Source: Methanothermobacter sp. K4
GTDB lineage: Archaea > Methanobacteriota > Methanobacteria > Methanobacteriales > Methanothermobacteraceae
NCBI RefSeq assembly: GCF_022014235.1
Contig: NZ_JAKLTD010000002.1
Coordinates: 172,284-204,283 of the forward strand
DNA length: 32,000 nucleotides
Direction of reading: 5' to 3'
Of this stretch, positions 1 through 7,787 are shown piece after piece. Position 1 is the stretch's first letter. Each line of letters starts with the position of its first letter. Under the pieces are notes generated by a model. The model saw nothing but the letters and a program-made list of their open reading frames with translations, did not search any database and was not told the DNA's origin. Made by a program: the position numbers and the translations under genes.

Positions 1-705
1 AACCTTGGAAGAGGGGCTGAAATAGATGATACACCTGCGGATGAAGAGAACCTTGAGAACATTGGCAGAAGCGCTGAAATAGATGATACACCCGCAGATG
101 AGCATGTCATCCGTGACACCTTTGAGGATATCCGGGAGATCAACATCAGGAACCAGGAAGAGTTACTGACGGCGTACTGCTCACGCCAGAGCAGCGTATG
201 GGATGAGGTTAACAGGCTACACAGGAGGACCGGCTCAACCTCAAAAACAGGTGCGATGGCAGATGCCTACAGAAAGAAGAGAAAGACACTGGAGGAATTC
301 AAAAAACCATTCAAACCAGTGAAGGGGCAGAACGGAGTGCTTGTTGCAATCAACGGTAGAATTGCAGGATTTGAACTTGTATCAAGAAGTTCGGCCTACA
401 GGGAACTCCATGATAAGATCATAAAGAGCTATGCAATCGAGGCCATGCTCCATGATGCGGCCACATACGAACCTGTGGACCCTGAGGGCTTCATTGAGAG
501 GATCATGAACGCAGATGAACACCGTTACCCATCCCCGGGCTATGGGATAGACCACCGGTACACCTCTGAGGGTCTTGTGGGCTCAGCCCTGACACATGCA
601 GGTGAGGTCATACATTCTGTGTTCTTCAACCTACAGGATGAGAGCGGGCGAATTAGAGGCTACAGGGAGAGGGCCGAGACCATGAGGAGAAACAACAACA
701 TTTAA
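1..705 (+). CDS. Hypothetical protein, 5'-truncated by the window edge; acidic tandem repeat plus a conserved C-terminal domain (possibly DUF6569/ARPP-1-like)
   Basis: Frame 1 has no stop from nt 1 into the tracked ORF 256..705. The upstream part codes sensibly (..GAEIDDTPADEENLENIGRSAEIDDTPADEH..). The C-terminal 'QNGVLVAINGRIAGFELVSRSSAYRELHDKIIKSYAIEA' resembles DUF6569/ARPP-1 proteins from memory only. ATG 256 is an alternative start. Confidence 0.55.
   Translation, partial: NLGRGAEIDDTPADEENLENIGRSAEIDDTPADEHVIRDTFEDIREINIRNQEELLTAYCSRQSSVWDEVNRLHRRTGSTSKTGAMADAYRKKRKTLEEFKKPFKPVKGQNGVLVAINGRIAGFELVSRSSAYRELHDKIIKSYAIEAMLHDAATYEPVDPEGFIERIMNADEHRYPSPGYGIDHRYTSEGLVGSALTHAGEVIHSVFFNLQDESGRIRGYRERAETMRRNNNI
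16..101 (+). repeat. In-frame 57-nt (19-aa) tandem repeat inside the first CDS
   Basis: gctgaaatagatgatacacctgcggatga (16..44) recurs as gctgaaatagatgatacacccgcagatga (73..101), 27/29 identical. It encodes AEIDDTPADE twice. Confidence 0.8.
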
Positions 706-860
706 CTCCAATCAACCTCTTTTATTATCAATGAACAACTAAAAAATCCCTGCCGAATAACCTGAAAAACCCCCATTAACTTTTTTATTGTCACTGAACA
801 GGCAAAAAGCCCTGCAAAATAACTGAAACCCCCATCAACCTATTTATTATCACCAGAGGC
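706..860. repeat. Intergenic degenerate tandem repeat, about 2.5 copies of a 59-62 nt unit; each unit carries a C-run plus a T-rich block
   Basis: Units start near 708 (ccaatcaacctcttttattatcaatgaacaactaaaaaatccctgccgaataacctgaaaaa), 770 (cccccattaacttttttattgtcactgaacaggcaaaaagccctgcaaaataactgaaa) and 829 (cccccatcaacctatttattatcaccagaggc). Confidence 0.75.
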
Positions 861-921
861 ATTTAACGTGACCATCTGAGTGACCATATTTAAAATTTGT
901 TTTAAAATAATTAAAGTTAAT

Positions 922-929
922 TTTAAATA
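922..929 (+). promoter_or_regulatory. Archaeal TATA box (TTTAAATA) for the CobN-like gene
   Basis: Consensus-like TTTAAATA in an AT-rich stretch. It lies 36 nt upstream of GGAGGTGA (966..973) and 49/70 nt upstream of the candidate starts 978/999. Confidence 0.5.
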
Positions 930-998
930 TCGCCTCCCTTAAAGTAAACCTGAATAAAATTAAAGGGAGGTGAAAATATTAAAAGATTCATCACAGTA

Positions 999-3900
999 AT
1001 GGCGGTGATACTCGCAGTTGCACTGACAGGCACAGCCAGCGCAGCGGAGGTTTCAGGACACATAAAGGAGATCTACAATGAAACATCAGGAGGATACACC
1101 ACACTCCAGGACGCGCTGCCAGTGAAGAATGCCACCATCACCGTGATATACAATGGTTCGGTTATCAATGAAACAGGGACAGCATCAGACGGATCCTACA
1201 GGGTCACATTCAGTGACAGATTCCCTGTTGAGGTGAGGATAAGCTACCAAACCTACCGGCCAGTGACATACACCGTAAACTCAAGCCAAAAACTGAACCA
1301 CACATTCATGCCGGATATAGCCATCATAAGCTCGGTCCCTGAGAAGGGACGCATACTGAAGTCGATGGGTAACAGGAGGATAATCTACCATGACATGTGG
1401 GACCCATCCTCAGCAGCCAGTGACTGGATCATGGAGCACGTGAACTTCGCCTACCTGGACATGGCAATGCCCGGGACAGGATGGGGTGACTCCTGGTATC
1501 CATATCTCCTGAGGAGTCCCGCGAACCAGAGGAACATGATAGCGGCGGGCTTCGGTTACCCCACAGACACAGACAGCGACCCCTACGGTGGAACCGGGTT
1601 GAACCTCCTCGGGGGAACACCAGGAAATGACACACCTGATACAGTGGAGAACACCTACATTGCAAGTTACTACGCCCTTGCATCAGGAGGGGCAGCCAGG
1701 GAGAACCTGGAGAACATGATAAAGTACATCCAGTATCTCCTCGGTGAGACCACATTCAACCCTGTGGAGAACAACCAGGGGCCGGTCATGGCAGCACCTG
1801 ACTGGGGACTCTACCACCCTGACCGTGGAGTGATGAGTGTGGTTGCAGAGAGATCCAGGATAAAGGCATGGATAGAGGGCAACCCTGGATTCATACCACC
1901 ATATGATAGCCTAAGATGGATAGACCAGAACTTCTCGGTATGGGCGGAAGGTCAGAGGGCAGATATTTACAGGGAATTCGAGAACTGGTACACGGCAAAC
2001 AAAAACATAACAGGACCCTTCATCGTCGTTGTGAGCTACAATCCATCAACAACAGTGGATGCGATAATACGTGAGGCAGAGAAACAGGGAAGGGCCGTCT
2101 TCAACCTCTACCAGGGGGCCACAAATCCTGCTGTGAGTTCACTACTTGAGGAACTCGCCCTTGGAGTCAACGGTAAGGGGCCCCTCACAAGGGGGATAGA
2201 CGCGGTGATATCCCTCTACTCATGGTCACTCAACTACGCCAACCTGCCATCAGGTGGGGCGCTTGCAGAGCTTGAGAGGATCAACATCCCTGTGATCAAG
2301 GGGGTGCAGCTCTACAGCAACTCAAGCCTCACAAACCCGCTGGGCGCCCAGTATGAGTGGACATGGCAGGTCACGATACCCGGATTTGAGGGTGTCTTCT
2401 CACCAATCGTTGTATCCTACACCGACGCATCATGGAATGAGGTTGTGGTACAGCCCGGTGTTGAGAAGATCGTCAAACTGGCCGATGGATGGGCAAGGCT
2501 CAGGGAACTCAGTAATTCAGATAAGAAAATCGCGGTGATACTCTACAGCTACCCGCCAGGTAAGGATGGGTTCACGGCATCATACCTGGACGTCTTCAGG
2601 AGCCTCCACGACCTCCTGGTGAAGCTCAACGAGACAGGATACAGGGTTGAAAGAATACCCGACGTGGAGGAACTCTACAGGATGGTCTCAGAGTTTGGTA
2701 ACAGGGGTACCTGGGCCCAGCCACTCCTTGAAAGGTACGTGAGTGAGCACAGGGCAGAACTGCAGGCCAGCGGGCAGCTCCTTGATGTGCAGAAATACCT
2801 GGCATGGTTCAGCAAACTCCCTGAGAAACTCAGGTCAGAGGTCATATCAAAATGGGGATCCGCACCAGGCAGGATAATGACGGTGAACGGCAGCATCGTG
2901 ATACCAGGTATAATGCTGGGGAACATCTTCGTAACGGTCCAGCCGGCACGTGGCTGGGACGAGGTCACAGACTACCACAACCCCTACCTGCCACCACACC
3001 ACCAGTACATAGCATTCTACAGGTGGATGGAGAACGTATTCAGGGCAAATGCAATGATACACCTTGGAACCCACGGGACACTGGAGTTCCTCCCCGGGAG
3101 GATGATAGGGCTCATGGAGGATGACTGGCCATTCCAGCTCACAGGAATCCCAAACATCTACCCATACATCGTCTCAAATCCAGGGGAGGGCATGGTTGCA
3201 AAGGACCGGAGCGGGGCGCTCATAATCGACCACATGACCCCTGCAATGGTTGAGAGCGGACTGTACGGTAAACTCATTGAGATACACGACCTCATCCACC
3301 AGTACGAGAACGCCCTCAAGGTTGGCAACAGCCAGATACTCCCGGCCCTTGAGTCCCAGATCAGATCCAGAGCTTCAGAGATGGGATTCAACATGTCAGG
3401 AAACTTCACAGATGCCCTTGAGAGGCTTCACCTCAGTCTCCATGAGATAGAATCAGACATAATCCCCCTGGGACTCCACAGCCTTGGAAGGGTGCTTGAG
3501 GGTGATGAGCTGGTTGAGGAGGTTCTCACCATAGCATCATCAAGGTCAGAGTTCCTGGAGAACATCAGGAAAACCCTTCACCCCTCAAAGCCCGCCTACA
3601 GTGAAATGCTGAAGGATCCCCTCAGATACAGTGACGAGATAGCCTTGGTTAAGAACCTTGCACGGACATGGATCAGGAACATCATAAACGGCACGGTCCC
3701 TGCAGGTATAAACCTTACGGACCTTGAATTCATCAATGAGACAATCAGAAGGATACGCGGAAACACCGAATGGCAGAGCCTCCTTTCAGCCCTTGGTGGT
3801 GGCTTTGTGAGGCCAGGGCTTGCAGGTGACCCTGCATGGTGTGATGTGCTCCCAACCGGCGTCAACTTCTACGCCACCAACCCCAAGAAGATGCCAACAA

Positions 3901-5456
3901 GGGCCGCCTGGGAGACCGCGAAGAGAATCACAGACACCCTCCTTGCAGAGTACTACACGAAGCACGGCAGATTCCCTGAACTCATCGGAATGGTGATGTG
4001 GGGTACCGAGCTTCTGAGGACCGATGGAGTCGCCATTGCAGAGTTCATGTACCTCCTCGGGGTTAAGCCCCAGTGGAATACCAATGGCGACGTTAAACCG
4101 GAACCTGCCCTCATGAACGCATCAGAACTCAAGATCACAGTGAACGGCGTTGAGATACCACGGCCGCGCATCGACGTATTTGTAACTGCCGTTACCGGTA
4201 ACCAGCTCTGGATAGACCTTATGAACGCCGCTGTTAAGATGGCTGCAGAGGCAAATGACACCGAAAACCATATTAAAAGGCACTACAGTGAATGCGGCTC
4301 ACTGGACCGTGTCTTCGGACTCAGGGGCCTTGTACTTGAGGGTACAGGTGTATCAGATATGACACCCGCAACCTCAAGATGGAATACCAGCGCTGAACTT
4401 GCAGATGTCTACCTCTCAAGGGTCTCCTATGCCTGGAGGTCAACCCCTGGAGGCGTGGATATAAAGCAGAACAGGGGCACCTTCCAGTACCTCCTGGGTA
4501 GGGTGAACCTTGTAACCCAGAACCTAGACAGTACCTGGAGGCTCATTGACACAGACGACTACTATGACTGGTTCGGTGGGATGGTCCTTGCATCACGCCA
4601 CCTAGGCGGCAACCCCGACACTGCACTGGTGGATATACGGAACAGGAACACGGTCACAGTGAGGACCGTTACAGAGGAGATTGAACTTGAGGTGAGATCC
4701 CAGCTGCTCAACCCGCGCTACATGGACTCACTCCTCAGCTCACCAAGTGGCTGGCTGGAATACGCCTCAAGGTACAAGAATGTCTTCGGCGTGGCCGTTA
4801 CAACAGGTGCAGTGAGCAATGAGCTATGGAACCAGCTCGCAGTGAACCTTCTGAGTGACAGGTTCAGGGCATCAAGGGACTATGAGGCTGTTGCAGCCCA
4901 GTCAATGATCGCCTGGGTCCTTGAGGCTGCAAGGCGGAACATCTGGAATGCAGATAGGGCTGTCATGAGGGACCTTGCAAACCGCTACATTGAACTTGCC
5001 GGGCAGTACGGGGTTGTGTGCTGCCACCATACCTGTGCAAATATAGTCTTCAATAACTGGCTTGTTAAGGTCTCCTCGGTCAACCAGGCCGACCTTAAAA
5101 GGTTCGCCGCTGCCCTTGCAGCTGCAACAGGCGCATCAGTCAATATACCAGAGGGGGGAGGTTCAGAGAATCCAGGCCATTCAGGTTCAGAAAGTAACGG
5201 TGAAAGCGCAGGAAACGGACAGAAACCTTCAGGTTCACCAGGTGAATCACACAGTGGATCATCCGGTTCAGTGGATGAAAGTCAAGATACAGCGACCCCC
5301 GGTGAAACAGTAAAAGGTTCTGAATCAGGAAAGGCCTATGAGGTTTCAGCTTCAACCCGGAGTGGATCATCAGAGAGTCAGGTGCCACTGTACGCGCTTC
5401 TGGGTGTTGTGAGCCTTGTTTTACTTGTGGGATTCGGTTACTGGAGGGGTAGATAA
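999..5456 (+). CDS. CobN/Mg-chelatase-H family protein with an N-terminal signal peptide, a carboxypeptidase-regulatory-like domain, a Ser/Gly-rich linker and a C-terminal TM anchor
   Basis: 1485-aa ORF. The signal-like N-terminus is MAVILAVALTGTASA|AEV. A beta-sandwich-like segment (VSGHIKEIY..DGSYRVTFSD) follows. The long body is typical of CobN (e.g. HLGTHGTLEFLPG, DHMTPAM, NFYATNP, VVCCHHTCAN). The low-complexity S/G/E tail is at 5151..5384 and the TM helix plus WRGR at 5385..5453. The real start may be ATT 978 (see findings). Confidence 0.85.
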   Translation: MAVILAVALTGTASAAEVSGHIKEIYNETSGGYTTLQDALPVKNATITVIYNGSVINETGTASDGSYRVTFSDRFPVEVRISYQTYRPVTYTVNSSQKLNHTFMPDIAIISSVPEKGRILKSMGNRRIIYHDMWDPSSAASDWIMEHVNFAYLDMAMPGTGWGDSWYPYLLRSPANQRNMIAAGFGYPTDTDSDPYGGTGLNLLGGTPGNDTPDTVENTYIASYYALASGGAARENLENMIKYIQYLLGETTFNPVENNQGPVMAAPDWGLYHPDRGVMSVVAERSRIKAWIEGNPGFIPPYDSLRWIDQNFSVWAEGQRADIYREFENWYTANKNITGPFIVVVSYNPSTTVDAIIREAEKQGRAVFNLYQGATNPAVSSLLEELALGVNGKGPLTRGIDAVISLYSWSLNYANLPSGGALAELERINIPVIKGVQLYSNSSLTNPLGAQYEWTWQVTIPGFEGVFSPIVVSYTDASWNEVVVQPGVEKIVKLADGWARLRELSNSDKKIAVILYSYPPGKDGFTASYLDVFRSLHDLLVKLNETGYRVERIPDVEELYRMVSEFGNRGTWAQPLLERYVSEHRAELQASGQLLDVQKYLAWFSKLPEKLRSEVISKWGSAPGRIMTVNGSIVIPGIMLGNIFVTVQPARGWDEVTDYHNPYLPPHHQYIAFYRWMENVFRANAMIHLGTHGTLEFLPGRMIGLMEDDWPFQLTGIPNIYPYIVSNPGEGMVAKDRSGALIIDHMTPAMVESGLYGKLIEIHDLIHQYENALKVGNSQILPALESQIRSRASEMGFNMSGNFTDALERLHLSLHEIESDIIPLGLHSLGRVLEGDELVEEVLTIASSRSEFLENIRKTLHPSKPAYSEMLKDPLRYSDEIALVKNLARTWIRNIINGTVPAGINLTDLEFINETIRRIRGNTEWQSLLSALGGGFVRPGLAGDPAWCDVLPTGVNFYATNPKKMPTRAAWETAKRITDTLLAEYYTKHGRFPELIGMVMWGTELLRTDGVAIAEFMYLLGVKPQWNTNGDVKPEPALMNASELKITVNGVEIPRPRIDVFVTAVTGNQLWIDLMNAAVKMAAEANDTENHIKRHYSECGSLDRVFGLRGLVLEGTGVSDMTPATSRWNTSAELADVYLSRVSYAWRSTPGGVDIKQNRGTFQYLLGRVNLVTQNLDSTWRLIDTDDYYDWFGGMVLASRHLGGNPDTALVDIRNRNTVTVRTVTEEIELEVRSQLLNPRYMDSLLSSPSGWLEYASRYKNVFGVAVTTGAVSNELWNQLAVNLLSDRFRASRDYEAVAAQSMIAWVLEAARRNIWNADRAVMRDLANRYIELAGQYGVVCCHHTCANIVFNNWLVKVSSVNQADLKRFAAALAAATGASVNIPEGGGSENPGHSGSESNGESAGNGQKPSGSPGESHSGSSGSVDESQDTATPGETVKGSESGKAYEVSASTRSGSSESQVPLYALLGVVSLVLLVGFGYWRGR

Positions 5457-5478
5457 CCCCCATTTTATTTTTTTATTG
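5457..5478 (+). terminator. C-run plus oligo-T putative archaeal terminator (cccccattttatttttttattg)
   Basis: It follows the TAA stop (5454..5456) directly and has T4 and T7 tracts. The same 18-mer recurs at 8596..8613. Confidence 0.45.
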
Positions 5479-5485
5479 AATAAAA

Positions 5486-6361
5486 CTAGATACATCCCGT
5501 CTGATTCTCAAGTTCAACTATAACCCTTCTGAGGAGCTCGGAGCCTATACTCCATTCATCCCCATGAAGCTCAATGAAGCCCCTGAGTTCAAGTTCATCA
5601 AGTTCGCTACTCTCTGCGGGTATTTCATCACTTTTAAGGGGGCCGTCCTTTAAAAGACTCAGTATACCCTTTTCCCTCTGCGTTAAACAGTTAAGTTCAG
5701 CGATCCATGGAAATGCTATCTGCTGAAACTTTGCCTGGAAGTTCTCCTCAAGGAGCGCTGGACCGTATATGATTCCATCTGAGAGCACATTCAGGAAGCT
5801 GTCAATGAACAGGGGCATTCCCTCTGTGACCTCATGGATGTATGCTATCCCAGCACCCACAGCCCTGAAACCCGGTGCCTTGAGCCTGATGTACATCTCT
5901 GTTTCTCTTTCTGTGAGGGGTGGCACCTCAACAACAGCCGCCAGGGGGAGTTCCCCCTGAATATCCCTGATAAGTTGCTCGCTGTACCTCACCGCCACAG
6001 CACAGCTCATGGAGTGCATCTGTGACATCTTCCATGCCTCAGTGAAGGCAGATCTTTCGGGGGACATGCTGTCAAGGAGCACGTTCCACTCCACGGTTCT
6101 TGCAAGAACAGTTATCCTCCTGAAGTCAGGTATGCCCTCATGGATCCTCCTGATATCGGTACACCTCATATCAATGAAGGTGGTCCTATTTGGGTTCTCC
6201 CCATGAAACCTTCTGAGAATAGCGGTTTTTCCTGAGCCCATCCTACCCGTCAAAATCACAAAGCCAGGGTCATTGAGGGCTTCCTTAATTCTTCTGATTT
6301 CCTTTTCCCTTCCAAAAAAATTATCTGTTCTGTTTAAAGAGATTATGGGCATTGAGGACAC
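5486..6361 (-). CDS. Archaeal-ATPase-family (ORC/STAND-like) P-loop protein with a C-terminal wHTH-like segment; Walker B not evident
   Basis: 'FFGREKEIRRIKEAL..VILTGRMGSGKTAILRRF' matches the FxGRExE + Walker A pattern of the archaeal ATPase family. I could find no hhhhDE motif. The C-terminus 'LTQREKGILSLLKDGPLKSDEI' looks HTH-like. Start is GTG 6361 or ATG 6352. Confidence 0.7.
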   Translation of the reverse strand: MSSMPIISLNRTDNFFGREKEIRRIKEALNDPGFVILTGRMGSGKTAILRRFHGENPNRTTFIDMRCTDIRRIHEGIPDFRRITVLARTVEWNVLLDSMSPERSAFTEAWKMSQMHSMSCAVAVRYSEQLIRDIQGELPLAAVVEVPPLTERETEMYIRLKAPGFRAVGAGIAYIHEVTEGMPLFIDSFLNVLSDGIIYGPALLEENFQAKFQQIAFPWIAELNCLTQREKGILSLLKDGPLKSDEIPAESSELDELELRGFIELHGDEWSIGSELLRRVIVELENQTGCI

Positions 6362-6400
6362 TTTAATTCATTTAAATAAACATGTGCCCCTTAAGATGAT

Positions 6401-7003
6401 TTAAAGCACTGCAAGTTCACCTGCAGAGGTTATCTCAAGTTTTTCACGGTCTATGAACCCCATGTCACGGAGTTCCCTTATGTGGTTGTAGGTCATTCCC
6501 CTGCTTATACCTATCTTGATTGCAAGGTTCTTAACCGAAGTTTCACCTGCTTTGAGTTCCTCAAGGACCTGTTTCTTGGTCTTGGAGATCCCGAAGCTCA
6601 GTATGGGGAGGTCTATGAGTTCACTGTCCTCCTCGGTCACATACACTATGCGCTGGACATCATGGTTCCTGGCATAGCAGCCGAAGAGTGCACCGAGTGC
6701 CTGGGTCTTCCTGCCCCCGCTTATATTAACCACAACACGCCTTCCATTGGCCCTTTCCTCATCTATGATCTCAACCATGTCCTTTGCAATGGTGACAACA
6801 TCATAAAGACTTGTCTCGAAGGTCGTTATCTCAACGAAGTTACCCAGGGTGTCTCTGAGGACCTGTTCTACCTGTTCCTTCTCCCTTGGCGCCTTATCCT
6901 CCTTGAGCAGTACGACCTTCTTTGGTGAGAACTGTGTTATGCAGAACATCACCGGCTCAATGGAGTATATTGTGGATATCAGCGTTGTATCCATTATTAT
7001 CAC
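6401..7003 (-). CDS. CARF-domain plus winged-helix regulator (Csa3-like, 'CRISPR locus-related DNA-binding protein' type), with no cas genes or array nearby
   Basis: The N-terminal Rossmann-like domain has 'KKVVLLKED' and '[22 protein letters not shown]'. The C-terminal wHTH is '[30 protein letters not shown]'. Start is GTG 7003 or ATG 6994. Confidence 0.7.
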   Translation of the reverse strand: MIIMDTTLISTIYSIEPVMFCITQFSPKKVVLLKEDKAPREKEQVEQVLRDTLGNFVEITTFETSLYDVVTIAKDMVEIIDEERANGRRVVVNISGGRKTQALGALFGCYARNHDVQRIVYVTEEDSELIDLPILSFGISKTKKQVLEELKAGETSVKNLAIKIGISRGMTYNHIRELRDMGFIDREKLEITSAGELAVL

Positions 7004-7337
7004 GTCCCTTAAGTTTTCCTATCACAAAGATTTGTTCAGGGAAAACAATCCATTACATATGGTGTTATCTTATTCTGATCATTCTATATATATTTTCCTC
7101 TATACAGATTGACATTCAGAAGTGACCCCTTTTTTATTCTTAATCCACTGATATGGTGAAGGGGGTCAGTGAAAATGGGGGTATTCCACATTACATTAAA
7201 ATGAATTTGCTCATACCATCAGATGATTGCTCCTCTATCATGGGTGGCCCATAATATGTGGAAGGTATAATGAAGTTAATGGATGAGTGGCAGAGAATTC
7301 ATGATGAAAAATTATCCCACAATCCCTGTAAAATTTA

Positions 7338-7370
7338 TTAATGTAAATGAAAAACATTAACATTTAAATA
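7338..7370 (+). promoter_or_regulatory. Inverted repeat TTAATGT-N9-ACATTAA abutting a TTTAAATA box upstream of the DUF2085 operon
   Basis: ttaatgt (7338..7344) and acattaa (7354..7360) are exact reverse complements. TTTAAATA sits at 7363..7370, 60 nt upstream of ATG 7430. Confidence 0.45.
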
Positions 7371-7429
7371 TAATAAAATACTCATTAAGTAATTGTCCTG
7401 ATTGACATTTTAGAGATGGTGTTGTCCAT

Positions 7430-7756
7430 ATGAAACTGAAGTATCTGTGCCACAGAAAACCAGAGAGAACATTTTCAGTAAGAGGCCACTATTTTCCTGT
7501 ATGTTCAAGGTGTACTGGAATTTACACTGGTGCATTTGCATACTTTATATATGCCTACTTCACAGTGATTGAATATGATATCACCCTTATAATCATAGGA
7601 GTCCTTATGATAGTTCCAACATTCCTTGATGGATTCACACAGCTGCTTGGTTACAGGGAAAGCAACAATATTCTGAGATTTTCAACCGGCTTTGCAGCAG
7701 GTGTGGGGCTGGGTATACTCACAAAGGCGGTGAAGTACTTCATAATCCATCTCTGA
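7430..7756 (+). CDS. DUF2085-family membrane protein
   Basis: 'CHRKPERTFSVRGHYFPVCSRCTGIYTG' is the characteristic DUF2085 Cys motif. Three or four hydrophobic helices follow. Confidence 0.8.
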   Translation: MKLKYLCHRKPERTFSVRGHYFPVCSRCTGIYTGAFAYFIYAYFTVIEYDITLIIIGVLMIVPTFLDGFTQLLGYRESNNILRFSTGFAAGVGLGILTKAVKYFIIHL

Positions 7757-7787
7757 ACAATTCAGGAAAAAAAAGGAGGTTGATAAA

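Noticed and set aside
706-860. Possible CRISPR array, given the CARF regulator 6 kb away
   Set aside because: The units are contiguous with no unique spacers. They are degenerate (about 75-85% identity), number only about 2.5 copies and have no palindromic repeat core. No other spaced repeat array is present in the window.
1429-5463. Numerous 60-110-aa ORFs on both strands inside the CobN-like gene
   Set aside because: All are nested within or antisense to a continuous 1485-aa ORF with family motifs throughout. Their compositions (Arg/Ser/Pro-rich) are typical of off-frame translation.
6482-7125. Plus-strand ORFs of 148, 87 and 67 aa over the CARF-wHTH gene and its upstream region
   Set aside because: They are antisense to, or overlap, the motif-supported minus-strand gene. 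They have no RBS and no features.
7153-7341. Two mini-ORFs in the divergent spacer (33 aa at 7153..7254; 23 aa at 7270..7341)
   Set aside because: The first has no convincing RBS and neither has recognisable features. The second ends inside the operator-like palindrome. The sequence alone cannot support them.
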